A stretch of 64,000 bases of DNA from Chrysomallon squamiferum (lineage: Eukaryota; Animalia; Mollusca): contig CM022671.1 in the NCBI GenBank assembly GCA_012295275.1, forward strand, positions 8,928,001 to 8,992,000, read 5' to 3'. Below the pieces are notes generated by a model, which was given only the letters and a program-made list of their open reading frames with translations, did not search any database and was not told the DNA's origin. A program made the translations under genes and the position numbers. Shown piece by piece: positions 24,511 to 39,520 of this stretch; position 1 is the stretch's first letter; the number at the start of each line of letters is the position of its first letter.

Positions 24511-27500
24511 CATACATATCTAATGTAAAAGTATTACATGGTATGCTTTGGTCACTGTGACAAAGTAATTCTTTCTCTCTATGATATTAATATTATTAAT
24601 TAAACTGTCTGCTTTAACATTTTGAAAGTTGTGGTACATCATTTATTTGTAGACATCATTGTCTTTGCTAGTGACATGAAAGACATGTAAATATGCATAT
24701 GCATTTCAATATGACATATAATATAATAATACAATTCACCACAAACAATAGTTTATTCAATACTATATACAAACAGTAGATTTTTTCTGAAATAAATGTG
24801 GTAAAGTCTAAGTATTGTGTTCACCATCTTAAACACAAAGAGAGGTTATTTAAGATTACATAAACAATTGTATTAAAGTGTAAGAATACCATTCTCCACC
24901 TTAGACACAAAACATGGATTATTATTTAACTTTAAGGTAATGTATTCAGTTGTAGATATATTATAACGTATGTTATTACATAAATTTAAAAGACTTGACA
25001 AACAGAAATTAATCCTGTACAGAATGATTCACAGAACTGTCATTAGTCTACATTAAAGTGTTCTGTGAGATGCCTTCATGCCATGCACATTTTCAGTGAA
25101 CTGAAGAAAAAAAATGAGAAGGAAAGAGAAAGTATACTGAATTTTGTATGCTGCCTGTATTTCCAGTACATAATGAAAAGTGTCACAGACAATTTAATGC
25201 ACATTAAACTGTTTGTGACTGATACGTTTTTAGTGCCTTTCTGAAGTGTACCTTTGTTTTTATCATATGCTGCAAAATAAAATTTAAAAAAAAAGAAAAA
25301 AAGTTACAATTTCTATTGAAAGAAAAAAGAAGTTTAAATTTTTCTTTTTTTTGTTTTGCTGTGTTTTTTCTCTTTATGCATGTGATTGTGTTTTCATGCC
25401 TGTGGTAAAAATCAAAATACTGTGTTGTTGATGACTGGGTTGTGATACTAACAACATAAAAACATTGCCTTACTTTGAATGTCTTCAGCAGTTTGTTGTA
25501 AAATATTGAAATTGTTAACATATTTAACCCCTGAAGTTTGATTTTGTAATATCCATTAGATAAATGTTTTCTCTGGTGTTCTTATTTTATCTTAAAGTTA
25601 CTGATTTTAACCCAGAATTGTTTGTTTTCTGATAACATTTGATAACCTTTTCCTTGGCTGAAAACTTTAAATCCAGAAAGTAAATCAAATTATTATAGTG
25701 AACTCCTGTAATAGGCAGATAAATTTTTGTTAGCATTAAATATAAATATCCATTTAGTATTTTATTAAGTGGAAGACTGGCTAATTGGATTTTTATCATT
25801 AGATATAAATATTTAGTATGCAATTTGTAATTCAAGGATTATATTTTAATGGGGATGTATTATTAAATACTTTATTAAAAGGGATACTTATTTGACTGTT
25901 ATAACATTATATTTTATTAATAATTCTGATATAGAAGTAACTCAAACAATACTCATTTAGATGGTTTTCAAACTGTGTTAAATGTATAAAAAATACATTT
26001 ATTTACATCATAATGCATTAATGAACGTCACAGCATTTGAAAATTCATTGATCAATATAATACCCATTATACACATAAATCAATATAAATAAAATGTGTA
26101 TATTTCTTTTCTTTTTTTTAAATAGTTCATCCCACCTGTAATAATATGTAAAGTGTGATGTTTTATGATTTTGTTTATTTTATTGCTAATTGTTACATAT
26201 GTGTAATATATTATGATACTGACTGTTGGTAATACATGTTGCTGTTTATATTAATTATATTTCTTGTTATTCAGGGTCATGTAAATATTTGCAATTATTA
26301 AATATATAATTTATTGTTAATATTTTTCACTCTTCCATACTTTTCCCCCACTAATACCAGTACTTTATTAGTTAGAAAAAATTAATTAGATCTGCTGCAA
26401 ATGTATAATCTGTATTGGTTTTCACTGTATCTTTTAACCAGTAACTCTATTTACAAAGGGTACAAAAATTATTTTTAACTTTTCTATCTTTTTTTAAAAA
26501 AGAGTGTAATGATGGCCACGTTAAGTTAGGATCCATTTATTAGCCACATTTTCCCCATTTACCCTAGTTCTGGCTTAATACTCCTACACATTATGATTTT
26601 CTCCTTGAGACATATTTTATTTCTCTATTCAGTGAGCTGACTTTATTGGTTACCATCATGTTAATGTGTGCATTAGCTGTTGAACATAAAATTTAATCTC
26701 AGGGTATTAAACATGACTGATTATTTTGTCTTCTATTTATTATGGTGCCTCATTATTTCTCTTCTACACAGATATATTTGCCTGTTTATCAAGTTGTATT
26801 ACTGCACAATGGATAACACTTAGGAACTTTTCTTTTTGTAAAAATGTTCAGAAGCTAGGAAATATGTTGGTGCCATTATTCATAGAGGGACTTCCAAATG
26901 AGTATACTATAGTCTTTTATGATTTAATAAAAAAAGAAAAAAAAGAAAAGATAATAGAGAGTTTCTTAAATTCAACCTCATTAAAATAAATAAATAAATA
27001 AATATATAAATATATAAAATATATATATAAATTTAATTTTGAAAATAACAAAAGAAAAAAGTAGGATTATAAGAAATAAAAGGCACAGCTGGTTTTCTTT
27101 AGATACTTTCTGAACTACTGTACATTAGTTAACTATTGTTGGACACTGTTAAATATCCATCATAGATTCTTTGTTATGCACTTCAGTTTTATTAGTATAC
27201 TCTGCTCACGAATATTACGTTAAGTCACTATAAATAAATTCACCTTTCTTTTCTTAATAGACCATTTCTCTTTAAAAATATGCAAACGTTGAATTACTTT
27301 TCATCCACATTTGATAAACAACAAGAGTTGTTTTATGTATATAACGTCTTACAAGCAACAGTAAATCACTTGTTGATACAGCAATCAAAATTTAAACTAC
27401 ATTATTTTACAATAATTTAACTGGTGTTTTTTGGAATAGATAAATACTTTCTGTAACAGCTTTTGCTACTGCAGTAAATTAGGCCAAAGTTAACAGAATT

Positions 27501-30087
27501 TTAGAAATAATCAACAGTATTATATAAAAGAACAGGATTATATTCAGCCTATTATTGTAAATGAATCAGTCAGTGAAACATTTTGCATTGACCGTATATG
27601 AAGCTTTGTTCACTGAATTTCAAATAACTATGGATTCAATATTGATTAGCAGAATTATAAATTTAAATACATTTCTTTTGGGTGGGGTGGTGTGGTGATA
27701 TAAATAAAGAGCAGATTTAAATTTTTAAAGATGGTAGGTAAAAATTATGAAGTAAGACAGAGATCAGAATTTTAAAGATGGGAATTATCTGAATCCTTAA
27801 CTGAAAAATTGATTTTATTCAAAAATTCCATGATATTGCTAACAGTTCAACATTAACAATATATAATTTGTTCTTACTTGGCTTAGCTGACTTGTGCAGT
27901 TTGTGAATTAATTGTCGTATTAACATAATTTTTGACAAGTTCAAATGATTATTAAGAGCGAGAGGCTATTTTGATTAGATAGTAAGGGTTCTCATGAATA
28001 ATAAATAAAATCAGATATATATTTTCTCAAATTTTATCATTCTGGGCTTTGTTGAATGGGTAGAAGACATTTTATTTTAACAATGATATCAGCATATTGT
28101 ATATTGCTTGGAAAATCTGTATTTGTCAAAATGATAAGACATTATGTATTTAATGATTCAGTGTAAAAATTTAAAACCAAAGGTAAAACATAAAAATATG
28201 ATATTTAATTTTTAAAACCATACTTTTTCTCCCTGATGAAAAATTATTATTTATACGATTTATTTATATATTTTATTATTATTTTTTATTTATTTATAAA
28301 TTCTGAATCTTGTCATTAGAGATAAATATTTGTGGTTTTTTTCATTTCATGATCTTCAAAAATCAGTTAACAAAAAAAATTTTCCTACTGAAGTTTTGTT
28401 TTGTTACAGAAAATTTTGTTTTTACAAAGCTCAAGATAAAAAGAGTTCATTTTAAAATATCATTGTTCACTGCCATTGTGTAGTTTGATTAATTTGGCTC
28501 AAGGCTTTCCTGGCCTTTTGTATCTATGGTTATAAATGTTATTTATGCAAAAATATGAATAAAATATTTCTTATTTTTCACATTTTGTCTTGTTTATTAT
28601 TTAATTCAGTGCAAATGAATATATATTTATCTTATATATATATATAACAACAACAGAATATATATATATATTCTCATGATAATAAATCTTCCAACACTAT
28701 TCACTGGGCTACTTTTAAAGTTTTCATTCTTGCAGCCGAGATAGCAGATACCAAGATCTTTAACTGAAATGAAGGAATAAATAATCAATATAAGCAAATA
28801 TCAGGTTGTTTTAAAAAAATAATAATAAATAAATAAATAAATATTTCTTAAGTTTAAGTGTGAAATCTGGTTCACATTCTAATTAGCAGCAAGAGATATT
28901 TTTAATACTCCTTCTCATGGATGGAACACACATATACAATAGCATTTGATAAATTGGTTTCAACTGGAGTAAGTTTAGAGGGTGTCCTGAGGAGAGATGT
29001 TGTTGTTACTGCTTCTACTGCTCTTCTCAACCAAACATTTTAATTTGAGGCAGCAACAAAAAGAAATAATACTCTCCAATTTGAGATATCAGCCTATGAA
29101 TTAAAAACAAAGCATTCAGTTAAAACATTTTATAAAGAAAACAAAACAGTCTGTGACACCGGAAACATGAGTTATTTTATTTACAACATGAAAAAAAAAT
29201 GTACAGTCAGTCAATGAAAACATTACTTCTTTAAAGTTTAATTGTCCTGCAAATACATATAAATGTGTATTAAAAAGAAATACTGTAAAATATAGTTTTT
29301 TACACTAGCCTTTAGGTGAAAACAACAACAACAACAACAACAAAATTTGCTGTAATTTACACAAAACTAAGTAACTTGGTCCTGGTTATGTTAATGTAAA
29401 TTGTTTATATTTTAACTGGAATTGACATTTTTTCCCCAATAATTGTTATTTTCAACGTTTCACAAAAGTCATTTTTAAAAAGAAGATAAAGCCAATAAAT
29501 CCAAAAGAAATATAAAAACTAATAATAGAACACTGAAATATCCTGTTTTCAAAGCTCAATAGTGTTCTTCATTTATTTTAAAGAAAATATTTTTGCTCAT
29601 AAATAAAATATCATTTAATTACTTTCATCACATTTTTCATTATTATTTTCTACAACTTTATAAAATATACCATACATTCTGGGTTGGGGATTCTTAAAAT
29701 TATAACAAACACTATTATGATAAATCTCCTATATATAAATTAAATTTATTATGTTTTAGTAAAATAATTATTACCTGAAGAATGTAAAAAAAAAAATTGA
29801 AGAAAATATGGACTTGAATATGTAAATTAACAAAATAATATTCAAAAGTGAAAACTAGCAAATCTTTGAGGTATGATTTTATAATCCACATCTTTGGACT
29901 ATTTGAAATGCATTTAAAGCAATTTCAGTTTCAGTTATATTTACATAACTTTTGCAAGAAATATGGTCATATTTCACTGCTGTACAAAAAAGAAATAATA
30001 ATAAATAAATAAAGAAAGAAAGAAACTACTGTTAATGATCATATTAATTATCTTCATTTTGAAAATTTGGTGCTTTTGTAAATGGAC

Positions 30088-30118
<31 letters not shown>

Positions 30119-30724
30119 TAATAATAATAATAATAAAACACTCACAAACCAGCTACATAATTTAACTTTAGTCTAATTCTGTTAGAACTGTCACAGTTTA
30201 GAATATTTACAAAACATTAGTCAAAACAATCACTCTATGATTTAAATATCTAACAAATTATCAGGCTCCATTATAAATAATTCTGTTTAATTAAGCTAAA
30301 TTATATAAAATATGTAAATAGTTTAATATAAATATACTTTGATATTAGAAATTTTAAATTGCATAATTTAATTCATACTAAAAAGATCAGTGACTGACTA
30401 AATAATATCTAAATTCAACTGGAATAAGTCAACTCAAATGTATATTTCTTAATTGGGACAAAATAATGTATTTAGAAACAGTTAATATAATCACTTATTT
30501 CAGTGGTGGATATGTTACACTACCTTGATTTTACACAGTGAATTTAATTTGTGAAGAAAATTATAAAAATGCTTTAACCTACAGTAAACATGATTTTCTT
30601 AAATTAGTAATTTAAAAAATCTGACTGAATGTATTAATAGTATAAAATGTTATATTCTAATAATAAAATACATTTACAAAGAATCTGAAGAAAAAAACAT
30701 TATAAAACTTTATGGAAGAAAATA

Positions 30725-32662
30725 TTATGACAGTTTCACCTTAACACTGTCTTGAAAACTCTGACAGCAGGCGAGCTTGTATGATGCTTGTATAATTAAA
30801 ATGACTGGTATAATAATCCATAAACTGTTCATAAATACAAAATAAAACCAGAAATACTGTGGATGGTACATTTCTCCATGTGTGAAGTCTTCTTGGATTT
30901 CTGTCATGAAGTACAAAGTGTCTCCATACAGCTCACAAAGGGAAACAATTAGCTGTAAAATATACCGGTATGGGCTGTTGCGGAAATACGCTATCACTGT
31001 AAATATGCACAGGGGTCCATCTACAAAGGCTGTGATTCTTTCCATACACAGTACAAAGGTGTCTGAGCTGGAATAAGAAAAAGTAAGAACAAATTTGAAA
31101 AATTAGGTTATTACGTTCTGTATCTAAGTTCCTTTTAGCAATGTAATGTGAAAGAGGAAATCCACTATTGCCACATCAGTGACTCTGTTATATGTATCTT
31201 CTTAGAGATTAGTAAAAAACATAACTGATTATTAGCTGGGAAGAAACATAATGGGTGCACTGAAGAGAGACAGATACAGTTCTGTCCAAAATTCCTACCA
31301 CTGAGTAATAGAAGGTTCAAACTCAAAGGAAGAAAGATGAAAAAATGTATGTATATATATATATATATATATATTGGTAATTTAATAATAGGTTTTATCA
31401 TTTATCACCACATCATAATTCTTTCACTTTTATTTATTACTCTCTACTATTTTATGACTTAATGATCCAACCTTTTTCGGTAAAATTATAAATAACAGAA
31501 TGTTTTGGGTTTTTTTGTTGTTTATTTCACAATGTTTTGCAAATACTTGTCAATGATACTGAATTTGTATACATAAATGGCACACCATGTCAAGATTTCA
31601 GTATTTTAATCCCTAAACTTTTGTAGTGTTTTATTAGTAGATATAATCTACAACACTCCAATAACCATTTTAAGAGGTCACTCACTACCTTAATTTGACT
31701 ACAATATCTACAACTGTCACCAAAATATGAATAAACAGATAAATACATTTTGTATAAATCTCCTGATTTCTGGATCATCCCCTCCTAATCATAACCAATA
31801 TTTACTGTTATTAAAATTAAGTGCTACAAAAAAGATAAAACAGCTGTAACAATAATAACGAAAACAACAACAACTAAAAAACTAAAATATTTTTACTGTT
31901 TTTCCTTATTCTGACTTTTATTTAAATTTATTTATGTGAAATAACATCAGAATTAAACTGGGAAAATATCCTCACGTGCTTGCTATTTATTTTATTTGTC
32001 ATACTTTATTATTAACAAAGATTGTTGGAAAAGATAAAAAACTAAACATGTAAGTTTATTAATTTTTACGTGGCACCTAAGCAGAGTGTGATTTTGTCTC
32101 CCTACTCTGTGTTGTTTAAAATTAAAAATCTCTATATTTCGGCATAAAATAAATATGAATGACACTTGACAGTAAAGATTTAAAATAATTTATTCTAATA
32201 TATTTTATTATTTAAATTTTATTAATGCATTTCTAGAAATTTCTCTAGACTTGTTCAGTAACATAAAAAAATGGCGTTAAATAAATAATCTAAATACAAA
32301 CCTTAAATACCGACTGTCACCTTTGCTGTATTCTTTCCCTAGAAATAAAAAAATTATATTTCAATCAGAATTTTTAAAACATTTTATTTTAAAAAAAAAA
32401 GGTATCTATATTTGCATGCTTAAAAACCCAGAAAAACCCCACCCCTCCAAAAACCTCACACAACTCCACCCCTCCCATAAAAAAAAAACAACCCCTGAAA
32501 AAAGAAAAACAGAAAGAAAAAGAAGAAACAGATGGTGATGACAGTAGCAGATCTGTGGGACATTAATAGATTATATCATACATATATAAATAGCTCTCAT
32601 AATTATACTTGAACAGAAATTCATAAAAAAAAGTATGTCCAGATTCATGAGATAACAAGAAT

Positions 32663-32737
<75 letters not shown>

Positions 32738-33137
32738 ATAAAGAAAATTCTAAATTCTAATAGTAATAAGTAAATAACTTACATATCTGACCAAGAAAGG
32801 ACATTCTTCCTGCCAAAGTCTGATGATAAATACCAAAATATCCTTCCAGAATGGAGTGAATAATGCCGGACATTACGAACCAGCAGAGGACCAAACGCTG
32901 TGTGAAAGAGAATCTGACATTTGTCACAGAACTAGCGTAGATCCATAGCAGAACCAAACATACTCCGATCACACCGAAAAATAAAAGAAAAAGCTCCACA
33001 GTCGGAATTTCGTTCGGAACATAGTGAGGAAGTTTAAGATCCCTAGGATAATATGGATGCATCGGTTCTGAATTCATACTTTCGAAAAGTAAACTACCAG
33101 TGTTATTAACACTTCGAAACACAGGCGAATAAACCAT
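30725..33137 (-). CDS. EBP: 3-beta-hydroxysteroid delta8-delta7 isomerase (emopamil-binding protein), copy 1
   Basis: Exons 33137 (or ATG 33077)-32783, 32338-32302 (37 nt, WKEYSKGDSRYL), 31067-30725. Motifs HPYYPRDLKLPHY, LCWFVMSGIIHSILEGYF, MERITA, ELYGDTLYF, YFWFYFVFMNSLWIIIP; C-terminal KVKLS fits a KxKxx ER-retrieval signal. Confidence 0.96.
31097..31672. repeat. Dispersed ~550 bp repeat in EBP intron 2
   Basis: Diverged direct copy at about 34434-34958 (and equivalents at about 51370-51950 and 54733-55258). Confidence 0.85.
32665..32733. repeat. (GA)n microsatellite in EBP intron 1
   Basis: Perfect AG run; longer allele at about 52946-53026. Confidence 0.95.
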
Positions 33138-33420
33138 TTAAACAGTTATGTGACTTATCTACAACCTACCACCCTCATCTGCCGATTGAAAAAACCAATC
33201 AAAGTTCTCGCCAGCGAAAGGGGCGGATAATTCATTTATAAATACAGTGACAAAGCCGTCACTTCTCGTGGTATCGTTCCGGCTTTTATTTATTAGTTTA
33301 TTATAATTATTTTGTAAACATATAAAATGCTTATAATATTTGTTACCAAGTTTTGACAACAAAATTGGGGAAAGATTCCGATCATTCCGGATCCCACCCT
33401 CCAGCATGCAATTTTTGAAT
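33138..33420 (-). promoter_or_regulatory. Putative EBP promoter / 5' UTR
   Basis: Local rise in GC and CpG immediately upstream of the ATG in a CpG-poor background; GC box GGGGCGGA at about 33220. Confidence 0.45.
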
Positions 33421-34433
33421 TACAGTAGAGAACTTTGTTTCATTATAAAACTTTGTTTCATTCCAAAACTTTATCGAGTCATGACTGTCAAAAAAAAAAA
33501 AAAAAAAAAATAATAATAATAATAATAATAAATAAATAAATAAATATATAAAAATTAAAGTTACTATTAAATAAAATTAACTATAAAGACTACCAAATTT
33601 TAAATCAACGTAAATTTAATTTTTATGCTTATGAATAGTTGTTCTGATCTAATAATTGAAAAAGTAATACTGGTATTGCTAAATAATAAATAAATAAATA
33701 AATAAAGTGCTACAACAACACTTACAACATAAAACAGCTGTAACAATAATAATGAAAACAACAACAACCAAAAAAAACAACAATGTTTTTACTGTTTATA
33801 AAATTATTTGGATTGCATTTTTTTATTTAATTCTTTCACAACACTGGACTAACAGATACATTAATGAGTGATGTCAGAATATGAGGTGATGAAAAGCCAT
33901 GAAAATTTTAAAACAAAACCTAATGGCCATACTCTGAATTGTTTGCATTTATGTGTATATTTACACACATAGGTACAGAATGTAAGTATAATAATAATAA
34001 CAGTAATAATAATAACAAAGAAAAATAATGATGCTCTCGACCAGATATAAAACATATTAATCTAACAGCAGCTGATCAAGGTTTTAACGCTGTCTTCTGG
34101 ATTTAAATGAGTAATATTTCAGTTTTAAACACTAACATATGAGTCACAACTATCTGAAATTAAAAACTTCTTTTTAATTTTATTTATTACAATAAACAGA
34201 AAATCAGAGATCAAAAATAAAATAAACGATTTCTAGGAAAAAAAAATTAGTTCCTTTAATTAAAGAATAAAGCCAAAATTTTAAAGATAATATTAGCTGA
34301 ATTAAATAAAAATAGTAAATTTATTAAAGATAACTCAAAAATCTCATGTGTATATATAGATATATATTTACCTGAAGTAAATTTTAAAGGTAATCTGTAT
34401 CTTGTTAAATTGAAAAATAAAACTGAAAGTATT

Positions 34434-34958
34434 GAAAAATTAGGTTATCATGTTCTGTAACTTAGTTCCTTTTAGCAATGTAATATGAAAGAGGAAACCA
34501 ACTTTTGCCACATCAGTGACTCTGTTATATGTATCTTCTTAGAGATTAGAAGAAACAAACATAACAGATTATTAGCTGGGAAGAAACATAATGGGTGCAC
34601 TGAAAATTCCAACCACTGAGTAATAGAAGGATCAAACTCGAAGAAAGAAAGATGAAAAAAATAAAATGTGTGTGTATATATATATATTGGTAATTTAATA
34701 ATAGGGTTTTATCATTTATCACCACATTTTACTTCTCTCTCTTTCATTTATTACTCTACCTTTTCAGTAAAATGTTAAATAACAGAAATGTTTTGGGGTT
34801 TTTGTTGTTTATTTCACAATTTTTGCAAATGCTTGTTAATGATATTGAATTTGTATACATAAATGGCACACCATGTCAAGATTTCAGTATTTTAATCCTT
34901 GAACTTTTGTAGTGTTTTATTAGTAGATATAATCTAAAACACTCCAGTAGCCATTTTA
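34434..34958. repeat. Second copy of the EBP intron 2 repeat, upstream of EBP
   Basis: Aligns by eye with 31097-31672 with substitutions and short indels. Confidence 0.85.
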
Positions 34959-36359
34959 AAAATCTGAATTGTTCATCTAATGGATTAAGTGCAGAAAACT
35001 TAATTATTTAATAACCGTCTGTTGCTATATTTATTATGTAAGATAAAACATACCAGTAAGTACAAAAATGATAAAACTGGAAGTATGTTATTAAGAAACT
35101 TGAATAGTTCAACTAATGGATTAAGTGCAGAACATTTAATTATTTAATAACTGTGCTGCTATATGTATTATGTTGGATAAAAGATGACTTAATATCTAAT
35201 AATGTATGAATGTAATTAATGTTTTATATACGATTTATATTTTAATATAATTAAATTTAATATTTTGTAAGATTAAAATGTTCCATAATATTATATTGAA
35301 GCCACCACTGTGGAGACAGATTTTATCTTGCAAGCCATGTCAGCTAAAAAAAACAAAAACAAAAGAAACATATTTGACTATTTTTTATTCACTGACTCAT
35401 CAATGGGTCATAATCTAATACTAATATATAATGAAAAATTTAATTCTAAATATCAACATTATCTAATGTCACAATTCCAATGTTGTGCTGAAAAGTAATT
35501 TCTCAGAAACAGAAGAGAACATCAGTTTAGTACTAGGTTGTATCAGAGTCAGGAGTTGAGGTCTGGATGGGAAAGTCAACAAAGGATCAATGTTTTGAAT
35601 CTTTGTATTCCATTGTTTGCTTTTTAGTTCATTCGCATTTGCCAGGGAACACCACATTTAAAAAAAATTTAATACAAAGGTAAGATCAACATCAACACAC
35701 AGACTTTTCCCAAGTAGAATGTGCAATAGGTTTTTGGGGTGGGTTTCAAAATTTGCATTAATGAAATATTTTTTTATCTAACTGAAAAAGATTATATGTA
35801 TTTACTTCAAGTAAATTTTAAAGCTAACCTGTACCGTGTATATTTACATTCCAGCTGTTACTTTTTAATATAATGTTTGTTTGCAAATAACATTATTCCT
35901 ACATTTTATGCTATTATTTAATACATTTAGGCCGTTTCTAAAAATCATGTTTACAGTATGTTTGTGTATCTGTGTGGCTCTTTGATGTAATGTAGTGTAA
36001 TGAAATGTACTATGGTATATTAGTACTGCACAACATGGTATAACTTAGCCTAGCATGATGCAGTTGAGTATATAATAGTATAATACTCTTTATATAACAA
36101 ATCCAAAATCACATCTGTTATTCAGTGATGTATGCAGATTGATGGATCTCAGTTATAATGTGTTATATTCATTTCTGTCAATGTGCAGCCATTACAAATC
36201 ATTCAGAATCCTTTTCACAGAGAGTAACATATAGACCTGTGGTGTTTCAGTCTAATAAGTAGACAGCTGCTGAACAGTTTGGCCTGTCAGGAATCTTTGT
36301 TCAGTTGATCAGTTCTCTTTTCTGCTCAGATTATCAAAGGAAGGCGGTTGATAATACTT

Positions 36360-39300
36360 TCATAAAATATGTTTGGTTTTCATTTTTTCTCCAGTAGAAT
36401 TTGCTCTCAGGTGTGGTGGTTTCTGTCAGAAAGAAAAAGAAAGAGAAAAACAAATAGAAAACATCATATATCATAAATGCTGGTCAAGTGATTAGCAAAT
36501 AAAAACAGAAAAATCGTTAATGATTCTAAAAATTTAACAGTAAATAAAAAATTAATAAACAGTAAACAATTTCAGCAGAGCTAACGTGGCAAATTATGAA
36601 ATTATTTTAATTTTAACAAATTAAATTTTCCTTTAGTGTGAATAAACTGGCTTTTAATAAAATTGTTTTTTAAATATTATTTGTTAATGTTCTTATCTGA
36701 GGTTAATAAAAAGAAAAAAATCTTGTATAAAGAATTTAATATTAAATTTAAGAAAAAAACAAGAATTACAACAAATGCAATTTATGTTTTTGAGATTATG
36801 ATTAACATGTCATTAATTGATATTTTAAAAAAAATCTCTAGTAACACTTTAGTCATTAAAGAACAATAAAACTGCAGTGTCATACCATGTGATCAGGTCG
36901 ATGGTCCTTCTTTCTATTCTTTTGTTTACTTCTTTTCTTTTTCCTTTTTCTTTTGAAAGGTTGTTGTTGTTTCTTAGTTTCTTCATCACTATTCTGAAAG
37001 TGAAACAAATAAGTATATATTTCACCTGTTCAAAGCATTCTCATTTTTCAAATAAGATTATGTAAAAATGAATGATTATTTAGTGTACAATTCTGAATTA
37101 TTGGTTAGTTAATCATTTATGTATAAAAATGTTATTAGCTTTCAAATCTTTTTGTATTACTTCAGTATTAATAAAACTTAGTGCAAAGAAAACTATACTG
37201 GATATAAAGCTCTCCACTTTGACAAATGAAAGACTCTTTATGAAAAAAAGAAGAAGAAAAAATGCTCAATAATCAAACCATATTATCTGTAAATTAATAT
37301 TACAAAGCTCAATTCCACACTGATTACTATATTCTTTTCAGGTTTTCTTTTGAAGTTTTATTTTGCTAAGATATTAAATCTTAAAGGTAAATTAAAAAAT
37401 AAAAATAAACATTAATGATTAAATTATTTAGTAACTTCACAGCACTAATGCAACTAATTAGTTATTAATTTCTCATAAATTTCAAAAAATAAAATAACAG
37501 ACAATCAAATGCCAACTCAGTTAAAAGTTCTTGACTGAAAAAACTTAACAATGCTTTATTACCTGATGAAACAATTAGATGTCAAAATAAAAGATGACCT
37601 ACACTCTAGAGCTTATACTGTCAGTCTGCAGAAGATTTCCTTTAGATACAGACATGATAAAAGGAAAATATCAGCTATGTGGGTTTTATTTTATCAAATA
37701 TAATTATTAGCAACACCCTCTAAAAAAAAAAACGAAAAAAAAACAACCACATAAATATTATATATATGTAGCTGCTGAAAAATAAAACAGTCCTCAAGAA
37801 TATGTGTATTTGGTTTTATTTTATTTCTACTACTATATCTGCATTACCTCATCTGCTGAAGTAAGTTTCAGATGTGCGTTGTCAGCATGTTCTTTTTTCA
37901 CTTTAACTGCTAAATCCTTGTTCAGATCTTCTTGTGCTTTTCTCTTTTTCTTCAACAATGTAAAAGTCTTCTCATCCCCATTCTCATTATTAACATTTTC
38001 ACTTTTAACAGATTTATAAACTATTTCGTCTTCAGAACTTTTATCAGTACTGTGTTTGTTACTCATTAATTTCATCTTAATGTTTTCATTCTTTTCTTTC
38101 ACTTTGTGTTTCCTTAATCCATTATCTGTTCTATCTTCTGTATTTTCAGAATAAGATTCTACAATTTTCTTTTTTCTAATTTTTCCACAATAATTTCCAT
38201 CTACAGAATCAGGAACCAAAGGTGGATTAGATTCATTATCTCCAATACTGGATTTCTTCTTTTTTCTTTTCTTTTCCTTTATTTCCATAGCTGATTCAGA
38301 ATGTTTGTCATTAAAAGTGTTTTCAGATTTAATAATAGTAGCTTCCTCTGAAGAATCAGGAACCAAAGGTGGATTAGATTCATTATCTTCAATATTGGAT
38401 TTCTTCTTTTTTCTTTTCTTTTTCTTTTCCTTTATTTCCATAGCCGATTCAGAATGTTTGTCATTAAAAGTGTTTTCAGATTTAATAATAGTAGCTTCCT
38501 CTGAAGAATCAGGAACCAAAGGTGGATTAGATTCATTATCTTCAATATTGGATTTCTTCTTTTTTCTTTTCTTTTTCTTTTCCTTTATTTCCATAGCCGA
38601 TTCAGAATGTTTGTCATTAAAAGTGTTTTCAGATTTAATAATAGTAGCTTCCTCTGAAGAATCAGGAACCAAAGGTGGATTAGATTTATTATCTCCAATA
38701 CTGGATTTCTTCTTTTTTCTTTTCTTTTCCTTTATTTCCATAGTTGATTCAGATTGTTTCTCATTAAAAGTGTTTTCGGATTTAATAATAGTAGCTTTGT
38801 CTGAAGAATTAGACATATTCTTTTTATTAGGAACAATTGTATTTTCAAGCTTTTTAAAATCTATAATTTGTTCAGAAAAATTTGAAAATTTTCTTTTCTT
38901 TTTATTAGAAACAGCCATATTTTGTGCTTCTTTTGCACTTTCAATGTCCATTTCAGACTGGCAAGCCTGGTTTATTTTCAGTACTGGAGTCACAGCTGAA
39001 AAATAATTGAAGTAGTAAAAAAAAGGTTTACTGAAAACATATTTAAAAAAGATAACACACACAAAAATTATATTTTATTTCTTAGTTGCCATTTTAACTA
39101 AAACTTATTTTTAAATTTTAATTATCCATACTGTTTATGGAAAACTATTGTAGTTTTAATTTTCTAAAATTTTCCAAACTACAACGTGCTTTAATAATAA
39201 TTATTAAAAAAAACAGGACAAGATGCCATGAACCATACACACACATCAGATCTTTTTATACATTATATTTAAAAGCTGTTTATACAACAGAAATTTCATC

Positions 39301-39520
39301 AGTACCTTTTGTTCTTATACAAAAGTTTTTCTGAACTTTCTACTAATTTCTTCTTGTGATTTTAGTTTTTGTTATTTGCCAACAAGTTTCTTATCTCTCC
39401 ACAGAATTATAAGAACCCTTATTTTGAGTTATTTTGCTGGTGTCTGATTTCTTCAAAGATGAAACTTTACTGTCTTCTTCAAAATATTTGTCTTCTTCAG
39501 CAAATGAATATTTTCTTCTT
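36360..39520 (-). CDS. Lys-rich uncharacterised protein, copy 1 (5' part cut off by the gap)
   Basis: Exons about 39520-39305 (frame disrupted near contig end), 38995-37848 (1148 nt open), 36993-36886 (NSDEETKK...KRSKQKNRKKDHRPDHM), 36422-36360 (KPPHLR...HIL*). The last three have AG/GT ends and compatible phases. Confidence 0.75.
38205..38800 (-). repeat. Coding 126-129 bp tandem repeat (about 4 units)
   Basis: Encodes ATIIKSENTFNDKHSESAMEIKEKKKKRKKKKSNIEDNESNPPLVPDSSEE-type units; frame preserved. Confidence 0.9.

Noticed and set aside
28860-29095. GC-richer minus-strand segment with an acceptor-like site
   Set aside because: No sustained ORF, indels between the two copies, no recognisable homology; possibly UTR or repeat debris.
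33159-33407. 82 aa ORF upstream of EBP
   Set aside because: No recognisable motifs; overlaps the probable promoter.
38305-39006. 233 aa plus-strand ORF (and 58612-59391)
   Set aside because: Antisense shadow of the repetitive Lys-rich exon.
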